DNA of 64,000 nucleotides from the human T2T-CHM13v2.0 reference genome, Homo sapiens: NCBI RefSeq assembly GCF_009914755.1, contig NC_060932.1. One strand, written 5' to 3'. The first letter of the stretch is position 1; the number at the start of each line of letters is the position of its first letter. The notes under the pieces are model-generated. The model saw nothing but the letters and a program-made list of their open reading frames with translations. It made no database searches and was not told where the DNA came from. Below are positions 26,834 through 39,998 of the stretch, one piece after another. The position numbers and the translations under genes are program-made.

Positions 26834-28034
26834 CTGGCATGAAGTGCACATGAGGTGTTATGAGAATGCAGTAAGAAATAGATTTATGACAGTGTTTCTT
26901 CTCTAATAGCTGCTAAAGATGGTTTACTCAGTCATAAAGAAGTCGCCTTGTAGTCCTAAGCTGGGTGTTTTATTTATTGATCTGTTAGTTTACAGACCAT
27001 ATTGGCCATTTCATTTATCTTGAAAATGAGAGTTTATCACTGAGATCCCATGGGGCTTTATATTAATTGCGTATTTAAAGAAAATTAAAAAAAAGAAACA
27101 AAATAGAGAAGTAAATGATTAGGTGTCATGATGTGGCTTTTGACTTATAAACCTGAATTTGAGGTAAAAAAAAAAACAGGTTTCCTACTCTGCAGCTCAT
27201 CAATTCCCAGCAGGTGGCCCCATGTGGCTGGAGGCAGGGCTTCCATGAAGTGCTGAGACCTTAAAGCTGTGGCCTTTGCTCTCTTTCCCCTTGCCTTTGA
27301 GGCGTAAACTGAACAAATGTAGAGCAATTTTAGAAATCCAGTATAACTTAACAGATACAGGGCTTTCTGTTGTCTGAGTTTCAGAAGTCTGCCTTCATCT
27401 TTAGTTTCACTGAAATGTTGTCTCAGGTTGCCTGAGTCTTAAGAAAACAGGATCTTGATCCCTCTGTTTCACGTGAAAGGGGCAAACGCCTGTTCAGGCC
27501 TCACTTCCTGCCAAGCAGTCTTCTGACATCACAGGCCACCACCTGGCTGCCCCTGACTCACTTTCTCTGTCTCTAGCACTGCTGTTCTCTTATCTCACTC
27601 TTCTCATTTATTGTACATACTTCTTCGTGCTACCTTCAGGTCATCATAGATTAGCGTTTTCAAAACCCTGTTACTATCTCAGGTACCCATAAAATGATTC
27701 TTGTTTAAAGACTGAAAGGGGCTCTGTGATCATACACAACTGAATGCAGACAGAACTAGTCACTATGTTTGCCAATTTCATTAAGTGGGGGAAAAATAAA
27801 AAAACTTAGCCTTGGCAAGTGGGGAGCTTCATTTAGACAAGTCGATTGAATGCTCTACTTCCTAACAGGGTGCTTTGATCTCAGATAAACACATACATTA
27901 GAAATTATTATCCTAAAATGTTAGGTTTGCTTTTAAGAAATATTTTATGAAATGTTTCTGGTTATTTATAGGATAAAATCTAAAGCCTTTATCTTGTCAT
28001 TCAAGGTTCATCAAAGTTGAGCCCCAGTTAAATT

Positions 28035-29580
28035 TTTAATTTTTTTTAATTGAAGTGAAACTCACATAAACAGTTTTAAAATGAAAAATTTAGTGACATT
28101 TAGTACATTCAAAAAGTTTGGCCACCACCACTTCTATCTAGTTCCAGACATTTTTATTACTCCTAAATAAACCCTGTGCCCATAGGCAGTCACTCCCCGT
28201 TCCTCTTTCCCCCAGCCACTGGCAACCACCAATCTGCTTTCTGTCTGTAAAGATTTGTCTGTTCTGAATATTTCATATAAATAGATTCACACAACATGTG
28301 ACCTGCTGTGGCTGATTGCTTTGACTTAGCTAATGTTTTCGAGCTTCATTCATAGTGTGGTGTGACAGGAAGACCTTTTCACCTACCAATTTAGGTTCAG
28401 TGGCTGGGGCCTGCTAATTTAGCTGACAATGGACAGATTAACAGGAGAAAAGATAACGTTTATTCATATGTAGAACACAAAAGAAGTGGCTCCTGAACTG
28501 CTAAAGATAGAGGTTTATACGGCATCTTTCACAGGGGAAGAGGAGAGGGGAAAGGGGGCTTCTATGGGCAGATCCAATGGTTTCCTTATGAAAGACAAAT
28601 CGATTTTTAGGGGAACAAATACAAGATAAGAAAATTTGTGATGACTTATGTTTAGGTAGGTACAAGTGGTCTTCATCTTTTTCTGGGCTGTAAAACTCCC
28701 TGGAGAGGGATTTTTGTGGCAGCCTCACTCCTAGAAGTTTCTGCTTCTAGTAGGATAAGGGAAGCTCCAAAAAAGCTGCTTTCTACATCTGTTGAATCTC
28801 AAATGCCTTCAGTTTAAAACAATCTTCATACCAACTCTGGGGGCTGAGTGGGTCCCCACAGTAGCATGTCTTTCTACAGCTGAAAAACATTACATGTTTT
28901 TCTACAGCATGTCTTTCTACAGTTGCTGCTTTCTACAGTTGAAAAACATTACATTCACCTATTCATGGTTGATGGACATTTATTTTCTACATTTGGCTAT
29001 TACAAATAATGCTACTACGAACATTCATGTACAAGATTCTGTGTGGGCTTTTCTCACTTCTCTTGAGTGGAAGTGATTGGGTCATAGATTAACTCAATGT
29101 TTAACCTTTTGAGGAACTGCCAGACTATTTTCCAAAGGGGCCACACCATTTTACATTCACATCCTAACCAGACTTGCTATTATTGGTTTTTTTTTTTTAA
29201 TTGTAGCCCTTCTAGTGGGTATCAAGTGTTATCACACAGTGGTTTTGATTTGCATTTCCTTAGTGACTAATAGTGTTGAGCATCCTTCCATGTGCTTTTT
29301 GGCCGTTTGTATATCTTCTCTGGAGAAATGTCTGTTGAAGTCCTTTATCCCTTTTTTAATTGGCTTGTCTTTTTAAAATTGTTTTTAGAGTTTTTAAAAA
29401 AATGTATTCTGGCTTCTAGACCCTTATTAGACATGATTTGCAAGTACTTTCTCTCATTCTGTAGGTTGTCGTTTCACTTTCTTGACAATGTCTTTTAACA
29501 CACCAAAGTTTTTAAGTTTGATAAAGTCCAGTCTGTTTTTTCTTTTGTTGCTCATGCTTTCTGTGTTAATTTTTAAATTT
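28035..29580 (-). mobile_element. L1MB-like 3' fragment interrupted by an LTR
   Basis: cagccactggcaaccaccaatctgctttctgtc; ttttgaggaactgccagactattttccaaag. Confidence 0.75.
28361..28860 (-). mobile_element. MER4-group (MER34-like) solo LTR
   Basis: tg...ca bounded block inside L1 with near-TSD gtgg/gtag. Confidence 0.5.
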
Positions 29581-30076
29581 TAAATTCAAAAACAAGATGA
29601 AGAGCTAGAAAAAGCATCTCTTTGGCTCAGTGTTATTTGAATGCCTTCAAAAAACTTATAGGGAAGTGGAATAATGAGTTCTGCTTCATTTTACTGTCTC
29701 TTCACTATATTTACTAGCTTGAAGAATAAATAAGAGGATTTTCTTTTTTTGTATTTCGAAAAGATGAAACTTTCTGAGAACTCACCACTTATCGGAAACA
29801 CCATTTTTATTTCAAGAGGCAAATATCTATCCTAAGAAATAAAGTACAGAATGCTCTGTTTACCATCAAAGGGCTATTTTCTGGAATTCTGCATATTATA
29901 TATTTTCTTAGAAAACACTACAAATGTTTTCCCATACCAAATAACAAAATCCTAATTCTAACATGCATATAAAAAGTGTCTTGTGGAAAATATTAGTATT
30001 TATTGGCTAAGTGTCAATATTAGCCAGATGTCAAGTATGCAGGAGACCTTTGATATGAATTACACCTTTACTTCTC

Positions 30077-30616
30077 TGTGGTAGTTAATTTTATGTCAGT
30101 TTGACTGGGTTAAGGCACACCCAGATAGCTGGTAAAGCATTCTTTCTGGGTGTGTCTGTGAGGGTGTTTCTGGAAGAGACTGGCATTCAACTGGGTGGGC
30201 TGAGGAAAGAGGACCTGCCATCACCAGTGTGGGATGGGTACCATCCAATCTGTTGAGGGCCCAAGTAGAACAGAAAGGTCTCTTTTTTAGAGCTGAGTCA
30301 TCCACCTTCTGCACTTGTACGTCAGAGCTCCAGGTTCTTGGGACTTTGGACTCTGGGACTTAACACTGTTGGCCCTTTGTGTTCTCAGGCCTTCAGCCTT
30401 AAACTGGGAGTCACACTCTCAGCTGCTTTGGTGTTCAGGCCTTCAGACTCAGACTGAATGACACCCCTGGCTCCCCTGGGTCTCCAGCTTGATTTGCCAA
30501 TCATGGGGCTTCTCAGCTTCCATAATTTCATGAGCCAATTCTCATCATAAATCCCCTCTTTTATGTCTATGTATGTCCTACTGGTTTTGTTTCTCTGGAG
30601 AACCCTGACTGATACA
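30077..30616 (+). mobile_element. MLT2 (ERVL) solo LTR
   Basis: tgtggtagttaattttatgtcagtttgactggg...gagaaccctgactgataca; 5-bp TSD ttctc. Confidence 0.88.
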
Positions 30617-32686
30617 TTCTCTAACACTTCAGAAATAGACTGTATTATCCATATTATTATGACACTCTAGGGCTAAGGGAAATTTTATAAAATTGGCCTC
30701 ATGTCATTCAATTTGTAATTCATAAATGTAACACGAGCTAGACAATTTCAGTTTACAGCCTGATGACAACAGATGCAACATTCCAAAGTGATGTCACTTT
30801 TTTGAAAAGTGAATGGTCCTACTTTTCCCCGGCCTATAACCTTTCAGTGGATTCCCATCATTTTTAGACTGAAGTATAAGGCTTACAAGGCCTTTCCAAT
30901 TCTTTGCCTTTCTCCCCCACCTCATTTTTTCGGCACTCCCTCTTCTTTCCCTTTCCCACCTGATGGCCTTATCTGGCATCCCTAATATTTAGCCTGTTGC
31001 TCCTATAGCCAAGAGCTGAAAGGCTTCATGATTTGTTCTTTACCAAATGTGTTATCTACAGTAAGGAGAGTGGAGAAACCTAGAAAGCAGGATTTTGGTT
31101 AGAATTCTATAAAACCCTCAGATATCCCATCTAGAGTTGACTTTTTAAGATGTATGGGATGTGTCATTCCTCCGGCCTACATATTGATGTCAGCAAATTA
31201 AGAAATGGTCTCCCAGCCCCCATGATCCTGGCAACTGCATGTGTCCCCTGATGGCCAGCTGCCACAGGCAAGAGTAAAGGGCCAGAGAGCTGTGTGATCT
31301 TGGCAGCTCCTTTCTCCTGCCACCCTTTCTCCTAATACCGATGATGTCAGCACTTCAATCTGCCTAGGAGAAAATCGTACATTGTAGTACATGACCCCTT
31401 GTTTGTCTTTCTGCCAGTTGCCCAAAGAATCCCCAGACTCCTAGATCATCACTCAAGACTTGAACTCTTGGCCATATAGTCTGGTGATGCCAGCGGCCAT
31501 GGTGTCTGATACTTGAGTTTTGCTCTGGCCGTGGTTCATCTGGTTTTGTGCACCTTGGCTTCAAAGTTCTTCTAAAGCTAACCTCACAGTCAGATAGCTG
31601 GATAAGTGATCAACAGCAGCGTTACCTGAAGTCTTTATGTATCTTATCTGTGCACTATCATCCTTTTCCATAAATGTAGGTTGAGGCCTGAATACTAATT
31701 CAATCTCACTACCACCGTCCATTTCTGAATCAATGGCAAATGTTGCATTGTCAATATCAAGCTCAAGCCCAGAATCAGCAGATGTTTTGTTCCATTTGTG
31801 ACTATGGCCTGTTTCCTTGTTGTTCTGTGTGGATGCATCACGACAGTGCAAACCGTCAGCATTCTTCTCTTCTTCTCTGCTACCATTTTCAGTCTATTGT
31901 TTCTTGCCTCACTATAATCTGCTCCTGACTGGTGCTTTCAGTCCTTCTTCAAAGCTGAGACTGAGTGCTCACTGATTACTGTGCTTGTGGATGCTGGCTA
32001 ATACTCTCTCTCCAAGAGCTTCATACTCATCACGACGTGGGTAAATTTTGCTGATGAGTGCATCAAACATTTTAGACTAAAGTATAAGGCTTACAAGGCC
32101 CTTCCCAATTCTTTGCCTACCACCCCACCTCATTTTTGTTAGCCCTAGCTCTTTTTTTCCTTTCCCACCCTGTGGCATTTTCTGGCATCCCTAACATTGA
32201 GCCCACTGCTGACACCACCAAGAGCTGAAGGATCCCTTTAGTGATCTTTTGGAAACTAGATTTTTTTTTTGACAGGTAGGGTGTTTTTTGCTGTCATTTC
32301 TAAGGACTGTGATGATGCAGACTGCACAAAAATGATGTAAACACTCCTTTATGGTCATGGTGTCTTTCAACACATCCAAACAAATTAGACCTTATTTCAC
32401 TCTGTAGACTTTGAGGTGAAGCCACAATTTCTAAGCCATCTGTTACTGCCTCTTCAGGTGTTTGTTTTCATTCATATAAACTGAACACTCATGTTTTGGT
32501 TAATGGTTGAGATCCATTTGTTTGCACAGCCTGAGACATTACAGCTCCTGCCCCCAGCCCAATTTTCTTTTTGACCTAGACTGGTTTACACTATTCAAAT
32601 ATTTTCCCCTTAATTTATGATTTTCTTTTTGGAAAGGACTCCGTTTTCAGTACCTTTTCTTTTCTCTTAAAAATATGGCTAAGTTT

Positions 32687-33000
32687 GGCCAGGTGCAGTG
32701 GCTCATGCCTGTAATCCTAGTACTTTGGGAGGCCGAGGCAGGCAGATCACTTGAGGTTAGGAGTTCGAGACTAGCCTGAACAACATGGTGAAACCCCGTA
32801 TCTATTGAAAATACAAAAATTAGTCTGTCCTGGTGACATGCACATGTAATTCCAGCTACTTGGGAGGTGAGGCATGAGAATCTCTTGAACCTGAGAGGTG
32901 GAGGTTGCAGTGAGTCAAGATAGTGCCACTGCACTCCAGCCTGGGCAACAGAGGGAGACTCCGTTTCAGAAAAAAATTAATTAATTAATTAAAACAAAAA
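32687..33000 (+). mobile_element. Alu in the pseudogene 3' UTR
   Basis: Alu dimer with degenerate AT-rich tail. Confidence 0.9.
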
Positions 33001-33474
33001 AAATATATATATATATATAAGTTCTTTTCCACAAAGTTTGGTTCTATTTGAAGTATACTTCTGGCCCAGAAATTTTTCATAGTTCTGTACTCTTAAGTAA
33101 AGATTTAATTGGCCATCCTTTCCCCTTTCCCCCTCAAAAGGTCTTTAGGCCTACAGAATGTTATATAATACGTATTCTGACTTTTTTCCCTAGAGTCTTG
33201 TATATTTTCTTTTCTATATAAACTGCAGTATCTTCATGAAGACTAAGGGTCAAATTTACTATGCTTAAAGACAATTTTCATAGGATTATTCTTTCCATAG
33301 TATTTTCTTCCATAATTTTCTTATTTTAGAAACAAGTGTTTATTGAGTTAGTGTCCATTGTAATGCAATGTTATTATTTTTTTTTCCATTCTTTTCCCTT
33401 GTAATTTTGGAATTTCTGGTCCTGGAAAGAGAATCAAACAAAATCTTAATGTTAATCTATGAGAAATTGGTTCA

Positions 33475-33895
<421 letters not shown>

Positions 33896-33997
33896 TTATT
33901 TATTATATATGTTTGATTTTTTTCCTATTAAAATACCAGATATATGGAGACATTTGACACATTAGCCTTGATGAAAAGTATAAGATACGTTTAAAGT

Positions 33998-34313
<316 letters not shown>

Positions 34314-34363
34314 CTATTTTTTTTTTTTATTGGTAGCCACATAAGTTTCAAGAATAATATGGC

Positions 34364-34675
34364 GGCCAGGCACAGTAGCTCATGCCTGCCAGCACTTTGG
34401 GAGGCTGAGGCTGGTGGATCACCAGAGCTCAGTAGTTTGAGACCAGCCTGGCCAACATGGTGAAACCCCATCTCTACTAAAAAGACAAAAAAAAAAAATC
34501 CGGGAGTGGTGGCGGGTGCCTGTAGTCCCAGCTACTCAGGACACAGCTGAGGCGGGAGAATCAGTTGAACCCAGGAGGTGGAGGTTGCAGTGAGCTGGGG
34601 ATGGTGCTACTGATCTCCAGACTGGCAACAGAGGGAGACTCCATCTCAAAAAAAAAAAAATAATAATAATAATGA
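34364..34675 (+). mobile_element. Alu in the pseudogene 3' UTR
   Basis: Alu dimer with (AAT)n tail; TSD aataatatgg. Confidence 0.88.
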
Positions 34676-35288
34676 TAATAATATGGTACATAGAATGAAC
34701 AACAGAAAAAAATCCAGTTTGTTTCCATTAGAAAAGTGTGTTTAGCATTTTGAGTTGCCACATCAGCTTATAAATTTGGTGCGCTCTGCTAATTACACCT
34801 TGTGGAAGCAGATGAATGAAACTTGAGCCCTGTTTTGATATGTAATGAAAGATTATTCTGTAGAAGAATGTCAGCTAGTAGGGTAAAGTCATTCTACTTT
34901 TAATTTGTATACTGAGGGACAATGTTGGGTGTTTGGGATCCAGAAGGCTTTATGCTGACAGGTTAGAAACAAGATTGGCTTGTGTGTTATTTTTCATCTC
35001 TCTCCTGACTCTAGGTATGTTTCCAAGTTTATATTATCGCACTATTTACAAACATATGTTTTCATTGAGAAATTAATCCCAAAGGATTTTTGATAGATAG
35101 ACCTCCAGTACCATTATAACTAAAGTCTGTCTAGTTATTGTACATATTTATCCATCAGTTTCAACAGATTGGGGCTGGCTTGGTGTTCTAAATGTATTTA
35201 AAATCTGTTTCTACAGGGTTTATTTTTTGTTTTGTTTTGTTTTTAATCTGTGCTGTGAAATTTGAAAACCACTAAAAATGAAGGGAAC

Positions 35289-35465
35289 TTTTTTTTTTTT
35301 TTTTTTTGAGAAAAAGTCTGATTCTGTTGCCCAGGCTGGAGTGCAGTGGTGCAATCTTGGCTTACTGCAACCTCTGCCTCCTGGGTTCAAATGGTTCTCA
35401 TGCCTCACTCTGCTGAGTAGCTAGGATTACAGGCATGTGCCACCATGCCCAGCTAATTTTTGTAT
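35289..35465 (-). mobile_element. Alu right monomer in the pseudogene 3' UTR
   Basis: Poly-T plus right arm; flanked by taaaaat(g/a)aagggaa. Confidence 0.85.
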
Positions 35466-36832
35466 AAAAATAAAGGGAAATATTCAATTCCTTTTCTGAT
35501 GTAATGTAAGTTGTATAGATTACTAATGCATGTCCCTGGTTTTGTGATAAAACTTCTTAGGTTTTATTGATGACGTTTTAGATTCATAGTTGTGTTAAAT
35601 CAGTTAAATAGATTCCCGTTGTGAATATTAATTGAAATTTTGTCTTTAAGCAGAGAGTTATTTATGAATACAAGCTCTGTGCCTAGAGAATGTATGTGTT
35701 TTTATCTGGTAGTATGGAAGGATATAAACTACATCATTAGTGAAAAACAAAAAAAAAGACTTGAACTCTTTTCCCTGTCTCCTATCCTTCCTGAACTACT
35801 GAAAATCCTCTCTTGCAGCCTCTGGAGCTCATGGTGCATCACTGGTAAATTCCTTAGGGACCTCCTCTGATCCTCTTCCTTCTTGCTCTGACCAAAATCA
35901 TGATCTTATCCGAGAATACTGCCTCCCTTGTAGCTCTATCAGTTGGCATCTATTTTCATTTCATTAAGCTCTGTAACGCTAGGCCTGGGGGTAGAGTACC
36001 TGCTCACCTTGCTCACTGCCACATCCAGACTAGTGTCTCTTCCTCCTTCTGAAAATGCCCTGGCTTTGCAGCTCATGCCATTAGTCTATATTACTCACTA
36101 GCCCTCCTTAGCGCAGTCGTCTCCAGGCCCTGTCCTGCTCTCCACGTTAATGGAAGATGTTGGCACCTGCCCTGCCACTCTGTCCAACACTCCTGTTATA
36201 ATTCTAGATCTTTAGTATCCACACAGATAATCCTTCCAATATTTGGCTTCTTTTTTCCTTGTCTGCCTCTTCTACATTGACCTTGTGCCAAGACCAGCTC
36301 AGTCATGGAGACCCTAACCCAGCAGCAGTAGAGAAATTAAAGACACACACACAGAAATATAGAGTGTGGGGTGGGAAATCAGGGGTCTCACAGCCTTCAG
36401 AGCTGAGGACCTTGAACAGGGATTTACCCACGTATTTACTGACAGCAAGCCAGTCATAAGATTTCCTAAAAGTATTCCTTATGGGAAATAAAGGGACTGG
36501 CCAAAATAAAGGGATGGGCTCTGGCTAGTTATCTGCAGTATGAACATGTCCTTAAAGCACAGATCACTCATGCTATTGTTTGTGGTTTAAGAATGCCTTA
36601 AGCGGTTTTCTGCCCTGGGTAGGCCAGGTGTTCCTTGCCCTCATTCCAGTAAACCGACAACCTTCCAGCATGGGTGTCAAGGCCATCACAAACATGTCAC
36701 ACTGCTGCAGAGATTTTGTTTATGGCCAGTTTTGGGACCAGTTTGTGGCCAGATTTTGGAGCCTGTTCCCAACATGTTCCCCTTCTTTGTTTTGCAAAGC
36801 GATAAGAGCAAAGGCAGCTTTGTCACTATGAG

Positions 36833-37111
36833 CTACTTCTTGCAGGAGTCAGGATCTGCATCTGCAGAGGCAATGGTGATCGCTGCTATCATAGCTACCA
36901 TTAAATTACTCATTGTGACTGGTTGTCCTGCTTTCCTCAGGTTTTCTTCTGCCATCTGTGACAGCTTCTTGATCTGTCCCCAGGTGGATGGCTGTGTTCA
37001 ACGGGTGTTGCTTGTGACAGTTGGGGTCCTCCTCAGAGTCATTCTCCACATGGCTGCAACTGGGGGGAGCTCGGGATCCTCCTGGAATCTCTTCCTCAGC
37101 ATCTGTTTCAT
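36833..37111 (-). pseudogene. Rec-like reading frame (env leader fused to a short terminal exon), one internal TGA
   Basis: Hand translation MKQMLRKRFQEDPELPPVAAMWRMTLRRTPTVTSNTR*TQPSTWGQIKKLSQMAEENLRKAGQPVTMSNLMVAMIAAITIA|SADADPDSCKK*; parallels HML-2 Rec PPTWAQLKKLTQLA...MIVSMV|SAGVPNSS. Confidence 0.7.
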
Positions 37112-38510
37112 GGTAAGGTTTCAGGTGTCTCAATGGTATCCAAATTGGCTGTTGATTTTGGCCTGGAGAAACACAAGCATAACCTCTACCCCAAATTATT
37201 ATTTTACCTATTTCCCAACTTTTTGTTATTGGATCTCTCCACCAAACCAGTTGTTCTGCTTCTGTCTTTGCAGCTGGTTTCTGTAGATGCTGTTAGCATC
37301 TGGCCTTTAGGCAGGCAGGCTCAAAAAATTTAAGGTTAATAATGCTAGATTCCATTGCATATGCAGTGTTCCATAGTCCCTGTTTTCCCGCCTCTGCTTT
37401 TGCAACTTCTGTTTCACGGAGAGATTCATTCTTTCCACTATGGCTTGTCCTTGAGAATTATATGGGATACCAGTAATGTGTTTAATATTCCATATAGAGA
37501 AAAACGTAGCTAGAGCTTGGCTAGTATGGCCTGGGGCATTATCTGTTTTAATAGAAGCTGGAATGCCAATCACCACAAAACACTGCAAAAGGTGACGTTT
37601 AACACAGGCAGAAGACTCTCCTGATTGGCATGTAGCCCAGACAAAGTGAGAAAAGGTGTCCACACATACATGTATGTAAGCTAGACTCCCAAACGAGGGA
37701 ACATGTGTGACATCCATTTGCCAAAGAGAATTAGGTTCCAATCCTCGAAGATTAACTCCTGTAAAAGATGAGGAAGGTACCATTTGGCAAGTTGGGCATC
37801 ACTGGATAATAGCTTTAGCTTCTTTCCAAGTAATGCTGTATCTGTGTTTGAGACCACAGGCATTAACACGGGTTAAATTGTGAAAGTGTCTAGCATTAGA
37901 TATCACATTAGCAACTAGGTGATCAGCCACTTGATTCCCTTCAGTCAAATGTCCTGGAGGAGGTGTATGAGCCCTAATGTGAGTGATGTAGAAAGGGTGC
38001 ATTCTACTCCTAACTGCTGTTTGCAATTGGGTAAATAAAGTCATCAGTTGTTCATCTGTATGAAATAGTAACTGAGCATTTTCAATTAACTGTGTGGAAT
38101 GAATCACATATGAAGAATCAGAAATCACATTAACAGGCATATTAAAAGCAGTCAATACCTCAATTACAGCTACAAGCTCCATTTTTTGAGCTGAATTATA
38201 GGGTGTCTGGAAAACTTTACTTTTTAATCCAGAATAAGAAGTTTTACCATTACTAGACCCATCTGTAAAAATATTTTCAGCACCTTCAATTGGTTTAAAT
38301 TTAGTTATTCTAGGGAGGATCCAATTAGTTAATTTCAAAAATTGAAACAGTTTCATTTTAGGAAAATGATTATCAAGAATTGTTCAGTAACCAAGTCCTC
38401 TAAAGCCTCCATTTTTCTCTTTGCTCAGCGGCCATTGTTCTATCCAAATTGGCTTATATGTTAACCATTTTAAAGGTATAGGTTCTGGAGGCTCAACAAT
38501 GGCCACCATC
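36906..38510 (-). pseudogene. pol: HML-3 pol remnant: RT start, deletion, RNase H, integrase
   Basis: WPLSKEK near 38430 joined to LDNHFPK; FTDGSS; WQMDVTH, KTDN and IVER (DDE motif). Confidence 0.9.
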
Positions 38511-39400
38511 AAAAATGATATCCTAAACCTTGATGAGAACTTTGTCTTTCTGCTTGAAGCGGTTCCTTTAAACCCTGCAAATTTTTTCCTAGTCCCATAC
38601 CAGGGACATACCGCATTTCATGCATCATATGTTGACTTTGAGGGCTGTATAATTGTTCAGCAATTAGAACTTGTGCTCCCCATTGTTGTAATAAATCTCT
38701 CCCTCATAAATTTATAGGTACAGAAGTTATAATTGGTTGAATAGTCCCAGGTTGTCCATCGGGGCCTTCACAATGCAAAATATAACTACTTTGATATACT
38801 TCAGGGCCTTTACCAACTCCAACTATGTTAAATTGAGTGGGTTAAATTGGCCACACAGATGGCCAGTGCTGTAGAGAAATGAATGAAATGTCTGCTCCTG
38901 TGTCTACCAAACCTTTAACTTTCTTACCCTGAATAGTTATTTCACAGGTAGGATGTTTATCAGTAATTTGATTTACCCAATAAGCTGCTTTGCCTTGTTT
39001 ATTTGTGCTTCCAAATCCTCCTGCTCGTTTAATTTCACTTTTCCCCATTTCCACATACAGCACTATCAGGAGCTGTGCTATGCGCTGTCCTGGCTCTGCT
39101 TTCCAGGGAACAGAAGTAGATATAACAATTTGAATTTCCCCATTGTAATGTGAATCAATGATTACTGTTTGTACTTAAATTTAAACTAGACCTTCCTAGA
39201 AGTAATCCTATCGTCCCCACTGGCAAGGATCCACAGACTCCTGTTGGAACTTTTTGTGGGGTATTCCCAGGCAGAAGGCTCACAGCTTTTGTGCAGCATA
39301 AATCTATTGCAGCACTGCCAGCTGTGGTAGGGGACAGACATTGTACAGGGGTAAGGAAATGGCCTGAGCCAGAAATGCCCCGGTTTGGAATGGGGCCTGG
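38510..39400 (-). pseudogene. pro: HML-3 dUTPase-protease remnant
   Basis: RAGGFGST (dUTPase motif V) and GLVDTGAD. Confidence 0.88.
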
Positions 39401-39848
39401 GATGGGCCCCTCATGGCATTTCCTGAATTTAAAAGGAAAAGTCTCAAATGTAGCTACAATATTTCCCTGTTAATTGGGTGGGTGTATTCTAACAGGGAAC
39501 TGCCAAGCCTCTAAATCACCCTCTCTTCTAGCTTGTGGGATTCCTGCCTGAATAGAACTGAGAGCGGTCATTCGAGGTGCTGCTCGAACAGTCACTGGGC
39601 AACTACTTTTTGCCCAGTGTCCTCTGGAAAAGGAATTCTGGAGGGTCAGGCCACTCTTTATCTTCAAAATCCGGAAGGGTTGCAGAAGGGTAGGGATGAA
39701 CCTCTTCCTCCTTTGCTGTTTTAGCTTTAGCTGGCAAACAAACCTGCTCTGATACTTCTTCTGTTACTTTGTTATACTCTCCTTCCTCTGCATCATTAGT
39801 GTGAAAAGTTTCCAAGGTGGAATGAACCAAAGCCCACACTTGTCCCAT
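39400..39848 (-). pseudogene. gag: HML-3 gag remnant (MA to start of CA; remainder deleted)
   Basis: MGQVWALVHSTLE... and EGDLEAWQFPV. Confidence 0.85.
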
Positions 39849-39970
39849 TGTTACCCTGATGCTTCCAAGATCCCCTTCTTACTTACCATGGGGATTGCTT
39901 TAAGAGTACTGGGCTGTCCTCCAGTTTAGTTCTGTGATCTCCAACGGTTGCTCTGGCGACCCTTTGACCT

Positions 39971-39998
39971 GGGTTCGAGCCCCCACGTATGGACGCCA
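39971..39998 (-). promoter_or_regulatory. Primer binding site, tRNA-Lys(CUU)
   Basis: tggcgtccatacgtgggggctcgaaccc, 2 nt after the 5' LTR. Confidence 0.85.

Noticed and set aside
31533-32539. Functional RNF2 retrogene
   Set aside because: Early TGA, frameshifts, an insertion just after the RING domain and a missing C-terminus.
36732-37286. 184-aa ORF antisense to the HML-3 integrase/env region
   Set aside because: TTG start and no motif; best explained as a shadow of the opposite coding frames.
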